Below are positions 49,076 through 58,618 of a DNA stretch of 64,000 nucleotides, in pieces. Where the stretch lies: assembly GCA_963719085.1 (NCBI GenBank), contig CAVRAL010000004.1, positions 448,001 to 512,000 of the forward strand, in the 5' to 3' direction. Position 1 is the first letter of the stretch, and each line of letters opens with the position of its first letter. The notes beneath the pieces are model-generated. The model did no database searches. It was not told the origin of the DNA and saw only the letters and a program-made list of their open reading frames with translations. A program made the translations under genes and the position numbers. The DNA comes from a candidate division FCPU426 bacterium (lineage in GTDB: Bacteria; Oederibacteriota; Muellerivitia; Muellerivitales; Muellerivitaceae).

Positions 49076-49339
49076 ATGACGGAACGCAGAAGGAGCGACC
49101 GCCGGACGTTGAATCAAGACTACCTTATGACGGATGACCAAGTGGCGCAGATGGCCGGGGTATCGGTGCATACGGTCCGCTATTGGAGACAGGTAGGGGT
49201 GTTGCCTTTTGTGAAGGTCGGGCGGCATCCCCGGTTCTGGTTTTCCGAGGTTCAAAAAGTTTTTAAAAGACCGCTTCCCTTTGGCATGGGGGGTGGGGAT
49301 AAAATAGAAGGCGCTGGGGACATTAGGAGGGTTTCATGA
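49076..49339 (+). CDS. Helix-turn-helix excisionase-like protein
   Basis: LMTDDQVAQMAGVSVHTVRYWRQVGVLPFVKVG; AGGAGG RBS; overlaps integrase start. Confidence 0.85.
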   Translation: MTERRRSDRRTLNQDYLMTDDQVAQMAGVSVHTVRYWRQVGVLPFVKVGRHPRFWFSEVQKVFKRPLPFGMGGGDKIEGAGDIRRVS

Positions 49340-50439
49340 GTAAACCTAATGTTCATGGATTGCCCAACCATCTTCGCAAGGATGGGAAGGGTTACTTCCT
49401 TGATTTTTTTATCAAGGAAGACGGGGTATCGAAGCGCAAAAGAGTCCGGTTGGGTGAGATCCCCTTGGCCCAGGCCAAGTTGATCCTGGCCCAAAACCAC
49501 AGGGCCATTTTGGAGCAGAAGTTTTTGGCTCCCGAAAAGCCGAAGGCCTTGTTCTTCAGCGCGGCGGAATCCTTCCTTGCCTATTCCAGGGCCAGGAAAA
49601 AAACCCACTACAGCGACGAGCTGACGGTGGGCCGGTTGAAGGCTTTCTTTGGGGACCGTACCCTGGACAGTTTTTCGCCGGATTTGGTCGAGGCCTACTT
49701 GGTGCATCGGAACCAGAGAAGCCAAGGCCGCCAGGGGAAGTTGAAGGGGGCGACCCTTAATCGGGACGTGGCTTGCTTGAGGACAATCCTGAGGCGGGCG
49801 CTTTTGAACCGGCAGATTGACCGCAATCCCATTGAGGGGGTCAAAAGGTTCAAGGAAGAATCCCGCAACCGCACCTTGGAGCCGGAGGAGTACCAGAAGC
49901 TTATCGCCAATTGCCCCAACCATATTCGGCCTATTATCCAGGTCGCCTATGTGACCGGCATGAGGCGCGGGGAAATCATGGGTCTTCGTTGGGATCAGGT
50001 GGACTTCAAGAACAAAGTGATTCTCTTGGAGGCCGACGATACCAAGACCCAGGAGAAACGGGAGATTCCGCTGGATAGTGAGTTGGCGGCGGTTCTTCAG
50101 CGCATCCCCAGGGTTTTGGGGTGCCCCAATGTGTTTACCTGGAAGGGTAAGCCCATCGAGAGTTGCAGGACGGGTTTCTATGACGCGAGGCGGAAGGCCG
50201 GGATCAAGGATTTCAGGTTCCACGACCTCAGGCATTGCGCCATCACCAACCTGAGAAAGGCCGGGGTAGGCGATTCGGTCATCATGTCGATTTCGGGCCA
50301 TAAGACCTATGCCATGTTCCGCAAGTACGACCGCGTGGACCGGCAGGACCGCCAAGCGGCGGTTCAAAGGGTCAGAAACCTGATTGACACGGAAATGACA
50401 CGGGCCGAAAATCCCGCCGAAAAAAGAATCAGCGGGTAG
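49336..50439 (+). CDS. int: Tyrosine recombinase/integrase
   Basis: TGMRRGE, KT, FHDLRH, SGHKT, Y catalytic residues; adjacent to att repeat. Confidence 0.97.
   Translation: MSKPNVHGLPNHLRKDGKGYFLDFFIKEDGVSKRKRVRLGEIPLAQAKLILAQNHRAILEQKFLAPEKPKALFFSAAESFLAYSRARKKTHYSDELTVGRLKAFFGDRTLDSFSPDLVEAYLVHRNQRSQGRQGKLKGATLNRDVACLRTILRRALLNRQIDRNPIEGVKRFKEESRNRTLEPEEYQKLIANCPNHIRPIIQVAYVTGMRRGEIMGLRWDQVDFKNKVILLEADDTKTQEKREIPLDSELAAVLQRIPRVLGCPNVFTWKGKPIESCRTGFYDARRKAGIKDFRFHDLRHCAITNLRKAGVGDSVIMSISGHKTYAMFRKYDRVDRQDRQAAVQRVRNLIDTEMTRAENPAEKRISG
50385..50403 (+). repeat. Putative integrase arm-type site (right)
   Basis: TGACACGGAAATGACACGG. Confidence 0.7.
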
Positions 50440-50508
50440 CCTGAAAGCCTTTGTGCGAAAGGGTTTCAGGGCAGTTGAAGAGTCAGTTTGAAAAGGAAGT
50501 GAGACAAG

Positions 50509-50555
50509 CTGTTAATCGCAGGGTTGTTGGTTCGAGTCCAACCCGGGGAGCCATA
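50509..50555 (+). repeat. att site, right (duplicated tRNA-Asn 3' half)
   Basis: 47-bp identity to 18530-18576; tRNA 5' half absent. Confidence 0.97.
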
Positions 50556-50561
50556 TAGATC

Positions 50562-50596
50562 AAAGGCCATTCGCTTTTTAGGCGAATGGCCTTTTT
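50562..50596 (+). terminator. Intrinsic terminator (probably the original tRNA terminator)
   Basis: AAAGGCCATTCGC/GCGAATGGCCTTT followed by T-tract. Confidence 0.8.
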
Positions 50597-50796
50597 GTTT
50601 ATAGGAGCTCCCCGGGTAAGGGTGCGGGGCGGAGCGTCAGGGCCGCCCTGCTCTTTGAAGGAATGGGGCCAAGGGGGAACCCTAAGGTTCCACCCTTGAG
50701 CGGAGCGAGGCATTGTGGTGAGCTAGTTGAACCATTCGATGTTCCCCGGAGAAACCGGGCCGGACTTGGGTGAAGTCTAAACGAGTGAAACCGTTT

Positions 50797-52002
50797 TCAG
50801 GGCGAAGACGCGTACCCATTGGCGTCATCCACCGCCACGAACAATCCGTTCCCATAGGCCACGCAAGACCAGTACTCCGTACTGGGGAGGTTTTGAGCGG
50901 TCCAATTGACGCCGTCGGGCGAATTCGCCGCGGTTGAACTGTTAAACGCGATCGCCACGAACTCCCCATTCCCGTAAGTCACCGAATCCCAGGGCAGTGA
51001 AGCGGGGAGGGTTTGGGAAGTCCAATTGACGCCGTCGGTGGACTCCGCGGCCGTCGAGCTGTCATAAGCAACCGCCGCGAAGACCCCGTTCCCGTAGGCC
51101 ACGGACCACCAGTCCTGCGCGCTGGGCATGGTTTGGGGGGTCCAAGTGACGCCGTCAGGCGAGGTCGCCGCCGTTGTTGAACCAGCGGCGATTGCCACGA
51201 ACTCCCCATTCCCGTAAGTCACCGAATGCCAGCCCTGTGAAACGGGGAGGCTTTGGGCGGTCCAAGTGATACCGTCCGGTGACGTCATGGCTTGATTGCC
51301 CGCGGAAGGGATCACCACAAATACTCCATTGCCGAAGGCCATGGACAGGGAGGAGCCGGGGAGGGTTTGGCCGGTCCAGGTACTGCCATCGGGTGAGGTC
51401 GCGTCCTCATAGTGATCTTGAGTGATCGCCACATAGACCCCATTCCCATAGGCGGCGGAAACCCAGGTCGCTGAGGTGGGCAGATTTTCAATGTTCCAGT
51501 AGGGTCCATTCTGAATCAGGAGCTGATCGCCATTTTGGGGAAGCACCAAAAGGGTGTTGTTGGCGTAGGCCACCGTTATCCACCCCAATATGTACATGGG
51601 GGGGAAGCGCTGAGCGGACCAGGACGACCCCGGCACGGGGGTCGTGGTCGGCGTATCCGTCGGAGTGAAGATGTCGGTCGGAGAATCGGTGATCGTCGGT
51701 GTCTGGCTGGGACTGTCGGTAAAGCTAGGCGTGGGGGTAACCGAAGGGGTGCCGGTCGAAGTCGGTGAAATGGTGGTCGAAGGCGTGATGGTGATCGTGG
51801 AGGTGGCGGTTTTGGTAGAGGTCGGTGTGGCTAAAACCGTGGGCGTGCCCGAAACGGTGCTGGAAGGGGTGGTATCGGGCGTAACCGAAGGGGTAGAGGT
51901 GATGGAGCCCTTGGGTTCGAAGGGCTGCTGCTTGGAACTGCAGGCTGTAAATAAAGAAGCGGTGAAGACCAGGAGCGCCAAAATAAAGACCGCGAGGTTC
52001 AT
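50797..52002 (-). CDS. Lipoprotein with Thr/Pro linker and ~40-aa BNR/propeller-like repeats
   Basis: FTAC lipobox; repeated W.SV.YGNG.FVA...SPDG..WT.Q.LP. Confidence 0.8.
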   Translation of the reverse strand: MNLAVFILALLVFTASLFTACSSKQQPFEPKGSITSTPSVTPDTTPSSTVSGTPTVLATPTSTKTATSTITITPSTTISPTSTGTPSVTPTPSFTDSPSQTPTITDSPTDIFTPTDTPTTTPVPGSSWSAQRFPPMYILGWITVAYANNTLLVLPQNGDQLLIQNGPYWNIENLPTSATWVSAAYGNGVYVAITQDHYEDATSPDGSTWTGQTLPGSSLSMAFGNGVFVVIPSAGNQAMTSPDGITWTAQSLPVSQGWHSVTYGNGEFVAIAAGSTTAATSPDGVTWTPQTMPSAQDWWSVAYGNGVFAAVAYDSSTAAESTDGVNWTSQTLPASLPWDSVTYGNGEFVAIAFNSSTAANSPDGVNWTAQNLPSTEYWSCVAYGNGLFVAVDDANGYASSP

Positions 52003-52430
52003 GGAATTTTTCAGGAATTTCTCTCTTGAACTAAATTGGGTCGAACCTTCTGTGACGGGAGGATAACAGGTTTAAGGCACTATTCTTATTGGCAAATCAA
52101 CCCTTTGGCGTGGTTCAGGCGGTAATACCATCGAATAACAGATGGTATGGGGCGGGCCTATCCTGTAATAAAACAGAAGGGTCTAGTTTTCATTTTACCC
52201 GGCTAAAAGTTGGGACTCGTCAAGGCGGCCGGTTTATTCCCCGATTCAAACATTAGCCCGAAAAAGGATCCGCTCCATTTTCGCTACCCACAAAAACCGA
52301 CCAATTTCTGACCGGTTTTTTCACCTTGCTTATCCTTTTTTCGTTTCCATTCCTTTTTTGATAAAATCATCCCAGCCGCTCCAAACGCGGGTCCATCGGA
52401 ACAGACCCGTTTTTTCCCCAGGAGAAACTC

Positions 52431-54866
52431 GTGTCCGACTTGGTTCCCGAACCGGACTTCCAAACCATCTTCGATTCCCTGCCCGGAATCTATCTTGTCC
52501 TCAAGCCCGACTTCACCATGGTGGCCGCCAACGAGGCGCGCCTGAAAGCCACCATGACCACGCGGGAAGGCTCCTTGGGCAAAAACCTCTTTGACCTTTT
52601 TCCCGACAATCCGGACGACCCCGCCGCCACGGGCGTGGCGAACCTGAAGGCCTCCCTCCAACGGGTGCTTCAAACCAAACAAGCCGACACCATGGCGGTC
52701 CAGAAATACGACATCCCGAAGGAACGGGGCGGCTTCGAGGCGCGCTACTGGAGCCCCATGAACTCGCCCGTGCTGGACGAAAAAGGCGAGGTGGCCTACA
52801 TCGTCCACCGGGTCGTGGATGTCACCGACTTCATCCGTCTTAAGCAAGAGGGCGCGGAACAATCCAAGCTCACCGAGGAACTCAAGGCCCAGGTCCAAAA
52901 AACCGAGACCGAGATTTATCTGCGGGCCCAGGAGATTCAAGAGGCCAACCAAAAGCTACTGGAGCTGGACCGGCTCAAGACCGATTTCTTCGCCAATGTC
53001 AGCCATGAGCTCCGCACCCCCTTGACCCTGATCCTGGCCCCCCTGGAAGCGCTCCTGTCGGACAAGGCCCTTTCGGAAAACCCTCCCGCCTTGGGCATGG
53101 TCCAGACCGTCCATAACAACGCGGTGCGTCTGCTTCAAATGATCAACGGCCTGCTGGACTTCTCCAAGGTTTCCGCCGGCAAGACCGAGGTTCACCGGGA
53201 AGCGGTTAATATCCTGGACCTGACCCGTTCGCTCTTCTGGGATTTTAGGCCCGTGATGGACCAGAAAAAAATCCAGGCGGATATTTCGGCCGACGCGCCC
53301 AAGCCCTTCGTGGAAATGGACCGCTATCTCTATGAGCGGATCCTTTTCAACCTGCTTTCCAACGCGGTGAAATTCACGCCTGCCGGGGGCAAGGTCACTT
53401 TGCGCCTGGAAGCGGGGGATGGAAAACTTACCCTTTCGGTTTCGGACACCGGTATCGGCATCTCGGCGAAGGACCAGGAGCGACTCTTCCAAAAATTCCA
53501 TCAGGTGGAAGGATCGGCCACCCGCCGCTTCGAGGGCACCGGCTTGGGGCTGGCCCTGGTAAAAGAATTCGGCCAACTGCTCGGCGGCGACATCCGGTTA
53601 AGCAGTGAGCCGGGCAAAGGCAGTACCTTCACCTTGACCTGCCAAGCCCCCGAAGCCAAGACGCCCCTCGAACTGCTGGAGGATTCGGCCCCGGCGCGGC
53701 GTCCACCGGCGGCGGCTGTCCCGGCGGGGCTTACCCCAATCGCTAAGACCAATGACGAAAATACCGACCTTCCCAAAATACTGGTGGCCGAGGACAATCC
53801 GGAACTTCGCGCCTTCATCGCGGCGTTGCTTTCGCCTTTCTGCCGGGTCAAAACCGCCGATGACGGCGTCGAGGCCCTGGACTTGGCCCGCCGCTGGAAA
53901 CCCGACCTGGTCCTGTCCGACGTCATGATGCCGGGCATGAGCGGGTTCCAACTGGTCCAAGAGATGAAAAAAAACCGGGAGACTTCGTCCATTCCTTTGG
54001 TGCTCCTGACCGCCATGACCAGCCGGGAATCCATGATGAAGGGTTGGGAGGCCGGCGCCGACGACTATCTTTTCAAACCCTTCCACCCTAAGGAATTGGA
54101 AGCCCGGGTGAAATCCATCCTGTCGGGGCTCGAGTGGCGGCGCAAGAGCGAGGCCTACCGCCGGCAAAGGGACGCCCTGGAGCATTTCACCCACATCGCT
54201 TCCCACGACCTGCGGGAACCCCTGCGCAAAATCGTCACCTTCGTGGAGCTTTTCCAGGGTTCGCAAAAGGACCTGGATCAGGAATCGGAAAATTATCTTC
54301 GGGCCATCTCAGGCGCGGCCATGCGCATGTCCCGGCTCTTGGATTCGCTTATTGAGTATTCCCGCTCCGGGCAGGAAGGGGGCGCTTTCACAAAAAGCCC
54401 GCTGGATAAGATCCTGGTCCAGGTCCTGGCGGGGCTGGAGGGGGACATCCAGGCGGCCAAGGCTGAAATCACCGCGGACCCCTTGCCCGAATTGGAAGTC
54501 CATCCTTCCCAGATCGCGTCGGTTTTCAACAACCTCATCGGCAACGCGCTCAAGTACCGCCGGGAAGACCGCCCGCCCCAAATCAAAATTGAGGCTAAGA
54601 GGCTGGAGTTTGAGTGGCTTTTTACGGTAACCGACAATGGAATCGGTTTTGAGCCAAATCAAAGCGACAAAATTTTCCTGATGTTTGAGCGCCTGCACGG
54701 CCTGGGCAAATACCCGGGTGAGGGTATGGGGCTTGCGATTTGCCGCCGCATTATTGAATTCTATGGGGGCCGTATTTGGGCCGACTCAAAACCCGGACAA
54801 GGTTCCACCTTTTCATTCACCCTCCTGGCGGAGCGGGAAAAGGCCGGGTCCTCTAAAAAAGATTGA
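52431..54866 (+). CDS. Hybrid sensor kinase PAS-HisKA-HATPase-REC-HisKA-HATPase
   Basis: SHELRTPL and SHDLREPL H-boxes, two G-box sets, LSDVMMP receiver. Confidence 0.93.
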   Translation: MSDLVPEPDFQTIFDSLPGIYLVLKPDFTMVAANEARLKATMTTREGSLGKNLFDLFPDNPDDPAATGVANLKASLQRVLQTKQADTMAVQKYDIPKERGGFEARYWSPMNSPVLDEKGEVAYIVHRVVDVTDFIRLKQEGAEQSKLTEELKAQVQKTETEIYLRAQEIQEANQKLLELDRLKTDFFANVSHELRTPLTLILAPLEALLSDKALSENPPALGMVQTVHNNAVRLLQMINGLLDFSKVSAGKTEVHREAVNILDLTRSLFWDFRPVMDQKKIQADISADAPKPFVEMDRYLYERILFNLLSNAVKFTPAGGKVTLRLEAGDGKLTLSVSDTGIGISAKDQERLFQKFHQVEGSATRRFEGTGLGLALVKEFGQLLGGDIRLSSEPGKGSTFTLTCQAPEAKTPLELLEDSAPARRPPAAAVPAGLTPIAKTNDENTDLPKILVAEDNPELRAFIAALLSPFCRVKTADDGVEALDLARRWKPDLVLSDVMMPGMSGFQLVQEMKKNRETSSIPLVLLTAMTSRESMMKGWEAGADDYLFKPFHPKELEARVKSILSGLEWRRKSEAYRRQRDALEHFTHIASHDLREPLRKIVTFVELFQGSQKDLDQESENYLRAISGAAMRMSRLLDSLIEYSRSGQEGGAFTKSPLDKILVQVLAGLEGDIQAAKAEITADPLPELEVHPSQIASVFNNLIGNALKYRREDRPPQIKIEAKRLEFEWLFTVTDNGIGFEPNQSDKIFLMFERLHGLGKYPGEGMGLAICRRIIEFYGGRIWADSKPGQGSTFSFTLLAEREKAGSSKKD

Positions 54867-54902
54867 GAGCCGAAAAAAAGCCGTCTTAACTACATTCGGA
54901 GG

Positions 54903-55367
54903 ATGGTTATGGAAACTCTTTTAAAACATTGTTCCATTTTGGTGACGGATGACGACGCGGATGACCGGCTCTTGATCAAGCGGGCCATGACTGAAGGCGG
55001 GCTGAACGCCGACCTTCATTTCATGGAAGACGGCCAGGCGCTGGTCGACAGCCTGGAGGACCACTTGAAGTCGGTTCAAGGCCAAGCCAACCCCGCCATG
55101 CCTTGCCTTATTTTGCTGGACCTCAACATGCCCCGACTCGACGGCCGCTCGGCCCTCAAGCTGGTCAAGGCCCATTCGGTTTTGAAAGAAATCCCGGTGG
55201 TAGTGCTTTCCAGCTCCAAAAACCCGGACGACATCGCCGGTAGTTACAAGGACGGGGCCAATTCTTTCTTTACCAAACCCATGGACTACCGGGGGCTGGT
55301 GCAATTGATGGAACTCTTGAAGGCCTATTGGTTTCAAACCGCGAAATTGCCTTTTGAAAGGGCTTAA
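54903..55367 (+). CDS. Single-domain response regulator
   Basis: DDDADD, LLDLNMP, GANSFFTKP. Confidence 0.93.
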   Translation: MVMETLLKHCSILVTDDDADDRLLIKRAMTEGGLNADLHFMEDGQALVDSLEDHLKSVQGQANPAMPCLILLDLNMPRLDGRSALKLVKAHSVLKEIPVVVLSSSKNPDDIAGSYKDGANSFFTKPMDYRGLVQLMELLKAYWFQTAKLPFERA

Positions 55368-55565
55368 GGGACACCCGTGGGGTCCGGCCGAAAGAAAGCC
55401 GATTCCCATGGGATTTTGGCCAAAAATTTAATGCATAGGCTCAACCCGCCATCTTCGAAAAACATGCTTTAAAACTGTCGATTATACGTCATTAACTCTT
55501 GACGATTTTTAAACGTGGTATAATTGAAAACATATCGCTTTAATCATTTATTAATTGAAGGCTCT

Positions 55566-56135
55566 ATGAAAAAACAAACGGTTTACGCTTTTTTAGGTCT
55601 CTTATTCCTGGTGTCCTTACCGCTGGCCTGCCAAAGGCCTTGGCCGGTGATGCCGAATCCCGGCCCTGCCCCAACCATTACCCCCACCATTAACCTGACC
55701 CCGGTTTGCGGTTTCACCCAGATTAGCTTGGGGATGCACGCCTTAAATGCCGGCCCTTCGGTTATCCGAAGCCTGGCTGATTGGAATACTTTTTGTAGCT
55801 ACGGTTCGGGAACTCTGACGTTAACTCCTGTACCGACCCCCACTTCCTACCCGGCGCCCCCAGTGGACTTCTCTAGTCAAATGCTGATACTTTTCGAGCG
55901 TGCCATGTGTGACTTTTCCACCTATGACTTTATCAGCGTTTGTGAAGGTCCGACCCAAATTACCGTCACCGGAAATATCATCGACGCTTGCTTTACCTGC
56001 AACGCGGGTTCTTCCTGGGCAAACTACACCGCGTTGGTGGTTCCCCAATCCAGCCTGCCCGTGGTGGATAACTTCACCAATATTCCTTGCTCACCCAGCT
56101 ATTGGTATACGGCGACTCCAACCCCGACGCCTTAG
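55566..56135 (+). CDS. Cys-containing lipoprotein
   Basis: PLAC lipobox, PPVDFSSQM motif. Confidence 0.65.
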   Translation: MKKQTVYAFLGLLFLVSLPLACQRPWPVMPNPGPAPTITPTINLTPVCGFTQISLGMHALNAGPSVIRSLADWNTFCSYGSGTLTLTPVPTPTSYPAPPVDFSSQMLILFERAMCDFSTYDFISVCEGPTQITVTGNIIDACFTCNAGSSWANYTALVVPQSSLPVVDNFTNIPCSPSYWYTATPTPTP

Positions 56136-56156
56136 CGGAAAATAAAAAAACACCTG

Positions 56157-56930
56157 TTATTTCCCTATCCGAAGCGATGTCTGGATCATCTGGTTACGGC
56201 CCTTTTCCTTCGCGTCATAAAGCGCCCGGTCCGACAAGGCGATCAACTGCCGGTAATTAAATCCTTCTCTCTCATAGCTGGTCACCGCGCCCAGGCTGAC
56301 CCTCAATTGGACGGGCTTGTCGCAAGGGTTCAGCACGCAGCGTTCGGTTTCCCGGCGGATGCGCTCCCCCACCTCGCGGACCTCCTCTTGGTCGCAATTG
56401 GGCAGAACCACCAAAAATTCCTCGCCGCCGTAACGGGCGGCCAAGTCCCCGACCCGAATACAGTTTTTGATCACCCGGGCGAAGCATTCCAACACGTGAT
56501 CCCCATAAGGATGCCCGCAATCGTCGTTGATCTTTTTGAAATGATCCAGATCCATCATCAGACAGGAAATCGGCAAACCGTTTTCCCGGTGTTTGCTGAA
56601 TTCGTGGCGGAATTTCTCGTGTAAAAAACGGTGATTGCCCAAGCCGGTGAGGGGATCGGTTAGGACCTCGTGGCTCAATCTTTTATTTTTTCGGGTGAGG
56701 ATGTCGGTCCGGCGGCCCAAAAAATAACCGAAGATGGGGAAAAACAACCCCGACACGACAAGGCTGATCACGAAAATATGTAAGTGATTCTTCAGTTCCC
56801 CCTCAATATAGCCGGTTATTTCCTGGGCGGCATGGGGCGAGCACCAAAGCAAAAACAGACTGCTGAAGGGAGACCAAAGCGTTAAGAGTAAACCGATAAG
56901 GGTATAAAGCCAAATTTTTTTCACGCGCAT
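56157..56930 (-). CDS. Membrane-bound diguanylate cyclase
   Basis: DPLTGLGN, DLDHFKKIND, ARYGGEEF, AKEKGRN. Confidence 0.93.
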   Translation of the reverse strand: MRVKKIWLYTLIGLLLTLWSPFSSLFLLWCSPHAAQEITGYIEGELKNHLHIFVISLVVSGLFFPIFGYFLGRRTDILTRKNKRLSHEVLTDPLTGLGNHRFLHEKFRHEFSKHRENGLPISCLMMDLDHFKKINDDCGHPYGDHVLECFARVIKNCIRVGDLAARYGGEEFLVVLPNCDQEEVREVGERIRRETERCVLNPCDKPVQLRVSLGAVTSYEREGFNYRQLIALSDRALYDAKEKGRNQMIQTSLRIGK

Positions 56931-57148
56931 GTTTATAGTGTAGGCATAGCCGCCGGAAATAGAAATGAGCGGCGTGAAATCGCGCGAGAAATAAAATTTT
57001 TCCCAAAATGATAGGAACTTTTATCATTTTGAAATTGCCGGACTATTAAAAATAAGATTCTTGTTCGAACACCTCATGCCCGCGCGAGGCACGTTCCTTG
57101 CTCTTATCACCCTCGACAAACCAATCTTTCATTCAAGGAAAAACAAAA

Positions 57149-57268
57149 ATGGCGAAAAGAACCCGAGGCGCGAGGATGGTGGCGGCGAAAAAGAGGGCGG
57201 CGAAACGGCATGGCGGCAAGGGTCCGATTAAGAAAAGAGCCGTCGGCCGCCACATCATGAAGACCTAG
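57149..57268 (+). CDS. Small highly basic protein (39 aa)
   Basis: AAGGA RBS; MAKRTRGARMVAAKKRAAKRHGGKGPIKKRAVGRHIMKT; below the ORF-track cutoff. Confidence 0.6.
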   Translation: MAKRTRGARMVAAKKRAAKRHGGKGPIKKRAVGRHIMKT

Positions 57269-57320
57269 AGAACAGCCATGGCATAAGAAAAAGGTTGGCG
57301 GTTTCGGAAGTCACGTCCGT

Positions 57321-58598
57321 CTAATTGTCCCAATCGAATACATTTTCGATTTTTTGTCTGTCTCGGTAACCAAGACGCGGAAGAATTTTTCGAAGTGCCT
57401 CCTTGTCCTTTTTTAAAATTCGATAGGATGGATAAACACGGGGAAGTTCTCCGCCCGGGCCAACTGTTCCAACTCCGTGCCCCATTCCCGTAGGCTCCAC
57501 CAAACCCTCTTTGATTAGCGCTTCAACATTTTCGATGTGTTGAAAATGACCGTCCAAAACCGTCAGCTTCGCCCCTTCAATCATTCTCATTATTTCTTTC
57601 GATGCGTTGATTGGAGTGAGCTTGACATTGGGATGTTCGCTTTTATAAACACGGAAAATTTCATCGGCGAAAGCTGGGCCGATACTTTGAATTCCCTCAA
57701 AATCTAACATTGCTTTTCTAAATTCTTCGACACGAGCCATCAATCGTTTGGCTTGTGACCGCGAGAGTAACGATTCACCCTCGTATTGTACCAGCTTGAC
57801 CGAAACAACCGTTTTATCGAATAGAAAATTGCCGTCCGTTGGATCCGCGAACTCATCAAAGACACCCGTCAGCCTTTTTTTAGACTGAATTTCCATCGAC
57901 ATATAAACTTCCGTCCCGTTTACTTTCTTTTTAGAGTCATATAAAAAATCATCCAGTCCATCCGAACGATGGCTAAAAACCAATCCATAGGATTGAATGA
58001 AAAAATCGTCGAACGCCCTCGACGAAAAGAAGATGCCTTGACCAGAATGCTTTTCCGGATCAGTCGTGAGCTTGCCCTTGGAAAGCTCAAGAATAGCTTG
58101 GCGTTCGTCCGAAAGATTTTTGGCTTCTTTGATTTTTCTAAAAATGCCGATACCATCGTCAACAATTATGATTGAAATTTCTTTTAAAGACCGACTCATC
58201 ACTATTCTCAAAATTTTTCCACCGGAATGGTCGATGGCGTTATTGACAATTTCCGTGAACCCGTATTCGCATATTTTAACGACATTTTCCTTTAGTCCCT
58301 CGCATAGCCCCTTAAAGTCCCGCGACCAAATCTCCGATTCTTGCAGCGGCCCGCCGAGGTCATAACTTTTCTCAATTAATCGTGATACACCAGGCTTATA
58401 GACCCGGTCTTTAGTCGCCCCTTCGGCTGTTATTTGTCCGTCTTGGACCATCTGTGTTAAATAACGAGTGGCCGCCTGCCGGGAGATTTTGAATTGCTCG
58501 ACAATGGCCGCGGTAAGGCCCTTGGGATCTTTTTGAACTTTGTCCAAAATGAAGCGTCGAATTTCATCGCTTCTTTTTAGGATTTCTTCCCGCCTCAT
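57321..58598 (-). CDS. wHTH + HATPase + STAS-like (DUF4325) protein
   Basis: ISRQAATRYL HTH; EIVNNAIDHS, DDGIGI, SGQGIFFS; SRSQAKRL..LDFEGI..AFADEIFR. Confidence 0.85.
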   Translation of the reverse strand: MRREEILKRSDEIRRFILDKVQKDPKGLTAAIVEQFKISRQAATRYLTQMVQDGQITAEGATKDRVYKPGVSRLIEKSYDLGGPLQESEIWSRDFKGLCEGLKENVVKICEYGFTEIVNNAIDHSGGKILRIVMSRSLKEISIIIVDDGIGIFRKIKEAKNLSDERQAILELSKGKLTTDPEKHSGQGIFFSSRAFDDFFIQSYGLVFSHRSDGLDDFLYDSKKKVNGTEVYMSMEIQSKKRLTGVFDEFADPTDGNFLFDKTVVSVKLVQYEGESLLSRSQAKRLMARVEEFRKAMLDFEGIQSIGPAFADEIFRVYKSEHPNVKLTPINASKEIMRMIEGAKLTVLDGHFQHIENVEALIKEGLVEPTGMGHGVGTVGPGGELPRVYPSYRILKKDKEALRKILPRLGYRDRQKIENVFDWDN

Positions 58599-58618
58599 GA
58601 CTTGGCTCCAATTGTTTT

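Larger units (their letters stand above)
18530..50555. mobile_element. ~32 kb integrative element/genomic island in tRNA-Asn
   Basis: 47-bp perfect direct repeats, integrase and xis next to the right repeat, AT-richer cargo, arm-type repeats at both ends. Confidence 0.95.

Noticed and set aside
48747..49076. 109-aa ORF between the rep-like gene and xis
   Set aside because: Sequence is dominated by nested inverted repeats and the translation has no recognisable features; treated as structured DNA, though its coupling to both neighbours means coding is not excluded
49252..50367. 371-aa antisense ORF
   Set aside because: Shadow of the integrase on the opposite strand
50509..50555. Second tRNA-Asn gene
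   Set aside because: Only the 3' half is present; it is the att duplication
18530..50555. Prophage or self-transmissible ICE
   Set aside because: No structural, terminase or type IV secretion genes recognisable
50860..51480. ~120-bp DNA repeats suggesting a diversity-generating retroelement or array
   Set aside because: In-frame protein repeats of the lipoprotein; no reverse transcriptase in the window
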